Positions 39,274-42,888 of a DNA stretch of 42,888 nt are shown here, piece by piece. A model generated the notes under the pieces. The model was not told the DNA's origin. It saw nothing but the letters and a program-made list of their open reading frames with translations, and did no database searches. Location of the stretch: the IMG/VR virus record IMGVR_UViG_3300025838_000008; one strand, 5' to 3'. The translations under genes and the position numbers were made by a program. The stretch's first letter is position 1. Every line of letters starts with the position of its first letter. The DNA comes from a virus.

Positions 39274-39774
39274 TTAGGCTTTGCGGGCCTTCTTAGCCTC
39301 GGCCTTCAACATTTCACGGTCGACAAACTCGTCGTCGCTGTCATCGAACAACATGATTGACGCGCCGATTTGTTGCGAGCCACGCGCGTACCGCTTTTCA
39401 GCTCGGATCGAATACAAGAGCGAGTCGTCCTTGAGCAACCCGCTATTGACCAAGGCATCCCCAACGCTGCGAATCAACTTGTCGAGGTCCGGCGCGGTCG
39501 TGTGCCGTGTCCTGTGAGGGTCCGATTTGGGTAATGGTAGGTAGAACGTCACTTCGAGTTCTGTCGGCCCTGAGAACGGCGTTGCGCGCCCGTTGAGAGC
39601 GTTCTGAGCGGCCACCATGACGTCGTTGCGCCAGTTGTGGTGCTTTTCTCGGCCTACTTTGCTCGATCCGTCCACGATGACCGCTCGGCCCCCTCGGACA
39701 TAAGCCGACTTGGATCCCTGTGGCGCTGGAAGGCCAGCCACGAAGAAGAACGATACTGACGTCGCCGCGCCCAC
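39274..39774 (-). CDS. rusA: RusA-family Holliday junction resolvase
   Basis: GTG 39774 shares one base with the upstream stop (TAGTG). FFVAGLPAPQGSKS..., LEVTFYLPLPKS and APDLDKLIRSVGDALVNSGLLKDDS match the RusA pattern. The ORF-track N-terminal 62 aa are discounted. Confidence 0.75.
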   Translation of the reverse strand: MGAATSVSFFFVAGLPAPQGSKSAYVRGGRAVIVDGSSKVGREKHHNWRNDVMVAAQNALNGRATPFSGPTELEVTFYLPLPKSDPHRTRHTTAPDLDKLIRSVGDALVNSGLLKDDSLLYSIRAEKRYARGSQQIGASIMLFDDSDDEFVDREMLKAEAKKARKA

Positions 39775-39995
39775 TACTCGGCCACCATGACGCGCATTTC
39801 CAAACCGATGTACCGGTCGCCCTGAGCGTTGTCGAACCACTCCGACATTTCCTTGGGGGACACGACTTCGCGTTGCTCGATGGCACGCGAGCTCGAGTTG
39901 GTGAGCGCGTGCCTCCATTCGTGGTTGATGCGTACTACGGCAGTACGACAAACGTTGCATAATCCGCCGTCTGCGTCAATTTCGTGGTCAACCAT
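39774..39995 (-). CDS. hypothetical protein (73 aa)
   Basis: ATG 39995 overlaps the methyltransferase stop by 8 nt. Sequence MVDHEIDADGGLCNVCRTAV.... Confidence 0.5.
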   Translation of the reverse strand: MVDHEIDADGGLCNVCRTAVVRINHEWRHALTNSSSRAIEQREVVSPKEMSEWFDNAQGDRYIGLEMRVMVAE

Positions 39996-40308
39996 GTAAC
40001 CCCACCAACCGATCAACAATGAACTGCACCACTGGCACAGCAACCGCATTGCCCATCTGCTTGTAGCGGTGGCTGTCGGCTTGCGAATCGGTCCAGTCGT
40101 CGGGGAATCCCTGCAACCGCTCGCACTCCCTCGGAGTAAGCCTGCGCACCGAAACGTCGGTAGCAGACACGACCGTAGCCCGAGCCTCTCCTGTGTTATC
40201 CATTGCGTTCAAGGTCGGACAGACCCCCCCCTGTCGCCAAACCTCGGGCGGCAGGTTGCCCTCCGCGTCCCTGGCCCCCGACCTCACCACCTTCACAAAC
40301 CACAACAT
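39988..40308 (-). CDS. dcm: C5 cytosine DNA methyltransferase, C-terminal portion (motifs IX-X), in a different frame from the N-terminal portion
   Basis: CPTLNA, RRLTPRECERLQGFPDDWT and YKQMGNAVAVPVV. ATG 40308 is preceded by GGAGGA. It overlaps the 3' end of 40196..41239 by 113 nt in another frame. Confidence 0.7.
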   Translation of the reverse strand: MLWFVKVVRSGARDAEGNLPPEVWRQGGVCPTLNAMDNTGEARATVVSATDVSVRRLTPRECERLQGFPDDWTDSQADSHRYKQMGNAVAVPVVQFIVDRLVGLHG

Positions 40309-41239
40309 TGTCCTCCGCTCGCTTGTAATCCGTTGCTGACAAGGTTTTCACCTGCCCTTCGCTGTATCGGGCGTACCCTGTTTGTCCGTAGAGACGACCA
40401 CTAGGCTTCCCTGTAGGACTTCCTGTAGGTTGCTGTAGTTCTTCGCCCCGAAAGTCGGCCCAATCGTGCCTACTCTCTCTCTCTCTCTCGGCTACAACGT
40501 AAGTTTCGTCAGCGTTGATTCGCCCCCCTCGTTGGAGTGCTGTGGCGATGCCCCCCCCACCGCCCTCAAAGCCGACTCCAAACTCGGTGGCAACTTCTTC
40601 CCCCGTCGAGTCGCTCGCCTCAGAATCCCCTCGCAGGCTTTCGGTGAGAGCGAGTATTTCGGCGGCACGTTCTCCGTCTCCAAAACATCCGACAATGAAC
40701 ACGCGACGACGACGCTGGGGGACTCCAAAGTTTTGAGCGTCAAGCACTCGCCACGCCAGACCGTACCCGAGTTCATCCAGCGCACTGAGGACGATTCCAA
40801 AGTCGCGTCCTTGATTGCTGGTAAGTAAGCCAGGGACGTTTTCGAGGATGACGTACTTGGGGGTAAGTTCCTCCAAGAGTCGAACAATCTCCCAAAATAG
40901 GCCGGAACGCGCCCCGGCAAGGCCAGCACGTTTTCCCGCAACCGATAAGTCCTGACAAGGGAATCCCCCTGTAATGATCCCATGTTCGGGAATGAACCCT
41001 GCATCTCTAAGCTCCTGTCCTGTAACCGTTGTTACATCATTGAATAGTTGGGTGTCGGAAAAGTGGCGTGCCAAAACCCCCCGTGCGTGCTTGTCAATCT
41101 CCACCGCTGCACAGACTTTTACGCCAGCGCGTTCTAGAGCGAGGTCAAACCCTCCCACCCCAGCAAACAACGAAACTGCCGTAAGTTGTGGGCGTGGCGG
41201 GCCGACGTGCAGAACAATGCTGCCGAGGTCGTAGCTCAT
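40196..41239 (-). CDS. dcm: C5 cytosine DNA methyltransferase, N-terminal portion (motifs I-VIII plus part of the target-recognition region)
   Basis: FAGVGG (I), GGFPCQDLSVAGKR (IV), ENVPGL (VI), QRRRRVFIVG (VIII) and TLSATDYK. The last 35 or so codons have poor GC3 and are probably out of frame. Confidence 0.75.
   Translation of the reverse strand: MSYDLGSIVLHVGPPRPQLTAVSLFAGVGGFDLALERAGVKVCAAVEIDKHARGVLARHFSDTQLFNDVTTVTGQELRDAGFIPEHGIITGGFPCQDLSVAGKRAGLAGARSGLFWEIVRLLEELTPKYVILENVPGLLTSNQGRDFGIVLSALDELGYGLAWRVLDAQNFGVPQRRRRVFIVGCFGDGERAAEILALTESLRGDSEASDSTGEEVATEFGVGFEGGGGGIATALQRGGRINADETYVVAERERESRHDWADFRGEELQQPTGSPTGKPSGRLYGQTGYARYSEGQVKTLSATDYKRAEDNVVVCEGGEVGGQGRGGQPAARGLATGGGLSDLERNG
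40473..40489. repeat. (CT)8.5 dinucleotide microsatellite inside the methyltransferase gene
   Basis: ctctctctctctctctc; on the coding strand it reads (GA)n and encodes ERERES. Confidence 0.9.
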
Positions 41240-41493
41240 TCCCCCTCCCCTAGAGCAGCCACGGTGGAGGTGCCTTTCAGCGCACGCAAAATCTCTAACA
41301 AGTCCATTGCTCTCTCAGGGCCGGGGTTCCGTTCAGCCAAATCCGGCTGAAACTTGACGCGCTTGTTTTGGTCACACACGCCACAAATTCGACCAGAACA
41401 TCCGTCGTCAAATCGCACCATGACCATCACGTGCTCACGGTGGGTGCACCCAATCAGAATGTCCTCGTGTCGGATGTAATCAACGCAGTTCAT
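41236..41493 (-). CDS. hypothetical Cys-rich protein ending in VAALGEGE
   Basis: ORF-track 85 aa. The stop overlaps the methyltransferase start (ATGA). Confidence 0.55.
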   Translation of the reverse strand: MNCVDYIRHEDILIGCTHREHVMVMVRFDDGCSGRICGVCDQNKRVKFQPDLAERNPGPERAMDLLEILRALKGTSTVAALGEGE

Positions 41494-41494
41494 T

Positions 41495-42139
41495 TCACTC
41501 CCCTTCCCCTAGAGCAGCCACCAGATTGAACAAATCTTCTAAGTCGCTCAAAGACACGCCGTAAGTAACAGAATCGCTGGATGCAGACCGCGCCAAGTCT
41601 CTAAGGTCAGAAACCTCCGCTTGCACCCTCTCCACCTGCTCCCGCAGTCGTGCGTTCTCACTGGAAATGTCGAGCCACGATTCCAATGCTTCCTCCTGCG
41701 TCACGCCTTCGCGCTTCATGTAATCAAACGTCGCCACGGTTTGCCGTAGTCGTGCGTTCTCAGCCAGTAGGTAGCGGAGGTCGTCGGGGGCGTTCAGGAT
41801 GAATCGAGCGCGTGGCCACGGTTGTTCCCCGTCGTAGCATTCAGCAAAAAGCGTTCGATACGTTTCTTGTCCGTCATCCGTGTTGCGTGACGTAATTCGC
41901 TGGAATCCATCGCGCATCGGGCCAAGTTGCAAATCTTTGGCCTGCGCTGCATCCAGTCGAGCCTGTATCTCTTGTTCGCGTGTCATTGGGCCGTTGTGCC
42001 CTTTACCCTTACACTCGTCACATACGACGGTAACCGGACAAGTAATGCACGAACCGTCGTGCTTACTGTGCTGATTCTCCGGCGCGTGATCTAGCCGGTA
42101 GCCTTTGCCCTCGCATTTTTGACATTGTTCGCGTGTCAC
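41495..42139 (-). CDS. protein with two DnaJ-type CxxCxGxG zinc-finger motifs and a coiled-coil, ending in VAALGEGE
   Basis: GTG 42139 in a GTGA overlap. CQKCEGKG and CDECKGKG. Repeated ENARLR heptad-like segments. Confidence 0.55.
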   Translation of the reverse strand: MTREQCQKCEGKGYRLDHAPENQHSKHDGSCITCPVTVVCDECKGKGHNGPMTREQEIQARLDAAQAKDLQLGPMRDGFQRITSRNTDDGQETYRTLFAECYDGEQPWPRARFILNAPDDLRYLLAENARLRQTVATFDYMKREGVTQEEALESWLDISSENARLREQVERVQAEVSDLRDLARSASSDSVTYGVSLSDLEDLFNLVAALGEGE

Positions 42140-42465
42140 TGGTCCTCCCCCTCTCTGGCAAGCAGGTCGGCGCACAAGCCCGTAACTTCTCCGAACAACA
42201 CGGAACCTACGTTGAACGCCCATCTTTTAATTGTGGCCGCTTCCACTTCCACGCTCTCGCTGTCTCCCGTAGGTCCGGTGAGGGTCAGGGTGTAGGTGGT
42301 GGGGATGGGCTCCCAAACGTGCGGTGTGCGCACATAAGGTTCTCCAAAGTGATCCTCAATAATCGGTCGCCCATTTCTGTTCAAGCCGTGGAAAATGCCG
42401 ACGGTTGCTTGATTGTCCCCGTAGCGCACCTTCGTTCCTGGCTTTACTTGTGTCCAGTCGGTCAC
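42136..42465 (-). CDS. hypothetical protein (109 aa)
   Basis: ORF track. ATGA overlap with the hexapeptide-repeat gene's stop. Confidence 0.55.
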   Translation of the reverse strand: MTDWTQVKPGTKVRYGDNQATVGIFHGLNRNGRPIIEDHFGEPYVRTPHVWEPIPTTYTLTLTGPTGDSESVEVEAATIKRWAFNVGSVLFGEVTGLCADLLAREGEDQ

Positions 42466-42888
42466 TTCGTCACCTCGCGCAGCTCATATTGTTTGCCGTC
42501 GATTTCCACAATCTTTCCGGCGCACGTCGGTTCTTCCTTGACCGGCTCGAACACTCCGTCTTTGACCAGTGTGACGTAATCACCCACCTGAATTTCCGTG
42601 ATGTCCCAATCGGGGTGCTTGGTAGCAAATGCCCAGCCCGAAACAATGCGGTGGTCGCCGTACACCCGAGCGTCGCCGTACACCCAAGCGTTGCCGAACA
42701 CCCAAGCGTTGCCGTACACCCAAGCGTTGCCGAACACCTGAGCGTCGCCGTACACCTGAGCGTCGCCGTACACCTGAGCGTTGCCGTACACCCGAGCGCT
42801 GCCGTACACCTGAGCGTCGCCGTACACCCAAGCGTTGCCGTACACCCAAGCGTTGCCGTACACCCAAGCGTTGCCGAACACCTGAGCG
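42462..42888 (-). CDS. hexapeptide-repeat protein, C-terminal part (5' end lies across the junction at 505..1)
   Basis: The frame of ORF-track 42462..42881 stays open to the window end. It has 12 further [DNS]A[WQR]V[YF]G hexads, then a non-repeat 70-aa tail (…HRIVSGWAFATKHPDWDITEIQVGDYVTLVKDG…). Confidence 0.65.
   Translation of the reverse strand, partial: AQVFGNAWVYGNAWVYGNAWVYGDAQVYGSARVYGNAQVYGDAQVYGDAQVFGNAWVYGNAWVFGNAWVYGDARVYGDHRIVSGWAFATKHPDWDITEIQVGDYVTLVKDGVFEPVKEEPTCAGKIVEIDGKQYELREVTK
42657..42888. repeat. 18-bp tandem repeat array (coding), part adjacent to window end
   Basis: Same 18-nt unit as 1..205. After removing the 77-nt overlap the two parts make 360 nt, or 20 units. 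Confidence 0.9.

Noticed and set aside
40224-40231. The G8 run as the sole cause of the methyltransferase frame split
   Set aside because: Deleting one G would fuse the frames. However, GC3 already favours the downstream frame for about 70 nt upstream of the run, so the switch more likely lies near 40294..40303. It is kept as an alternative in the finding.
42657-42888. 18-bp tandem repeats as a possible CRISPR array
   Set aside because: There are no spacers. The units are contiguous, in frame and translate to a regular hexapeptide, so this is a coding tandem repeat.

Overview
The window appears to be a complete, circularly permuted, GC-rich dsDNA phage genome. Its first 77 nt are identical to its last 77 nt, so the unique length is about 42,811 bp. 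A WhiB-like regulator, an Rpf-like transglycosylase domain and leaderless promoter geometry point to an Actinomycetota host. All product calls come from motif recognition by eye; no database search was run.

I read four transcription units:
- **Late operon (minus strand).** It starts at a leaderless promoter at 33878-33906. It runs from 33871 down to 4957 and ends at a strong hairpin terminator at 4893-4936. It encodes WhiB, a large terminase with an N-terminal extension, and the portal. Next come a block of large virion proteins including a 2063-aa giant, then a beta-helix tailspike, scaffold, major capsid and a GT-A/GT2-like glycosyltransferase. It ends with two tubular-tail-like proteins, a tail fiber, an endolysin and membrane proteins. 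The scaffold/capsid/tubular-tail/fiber order is T7-like and there is no obvious tape-measure cassette, so the layout looks podovirus-like.
- **Early operon (minus strand).** It starts at a near-consensus promoter at 4833-4861 and runs from 4807 through position 1, across the circular junction, to 39274. It encodes an HTH protein, a YqaJ-like exonuclease, RecT, an Rpf-like protein, zinc-ribbon proteins and a 20-unit hexapeptide-repeat protein interrupted by the linearisation point. It continues with a DnaJ-type zinc-finger protein, a split or frameshifted C5 DNA methyltransferase and RusA.
- **Short plus-strand unit (33923-34494).** Its first gene encodes an HTH protein.
- **Main plus-strand operon (35577-39177).** It lies behind about 1 kb of ORF-poor sequence that has its own consensus promoter.

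The most interesting signal is in the main plus-strand operon. Three intergenic spacers each fold into a complete type II hammerhead ribozyme. The catalytic core is invariant in all three copies, and all three helices show compensatory changes. Each ribozyme sits between a stop codon and the next Shine-Dalgarno sequence.

Other points worth a second look:
- the 1-kb candidate structured-RNA region
- the divergent promoter palindrome
- the repeat-laden split methyltransferase
- the hexapeptide array at the assembly junction
- the glycosyltransferase inside the structural module

No integrase, tRNA, CRISPR array or DNA polymerase was recognised.
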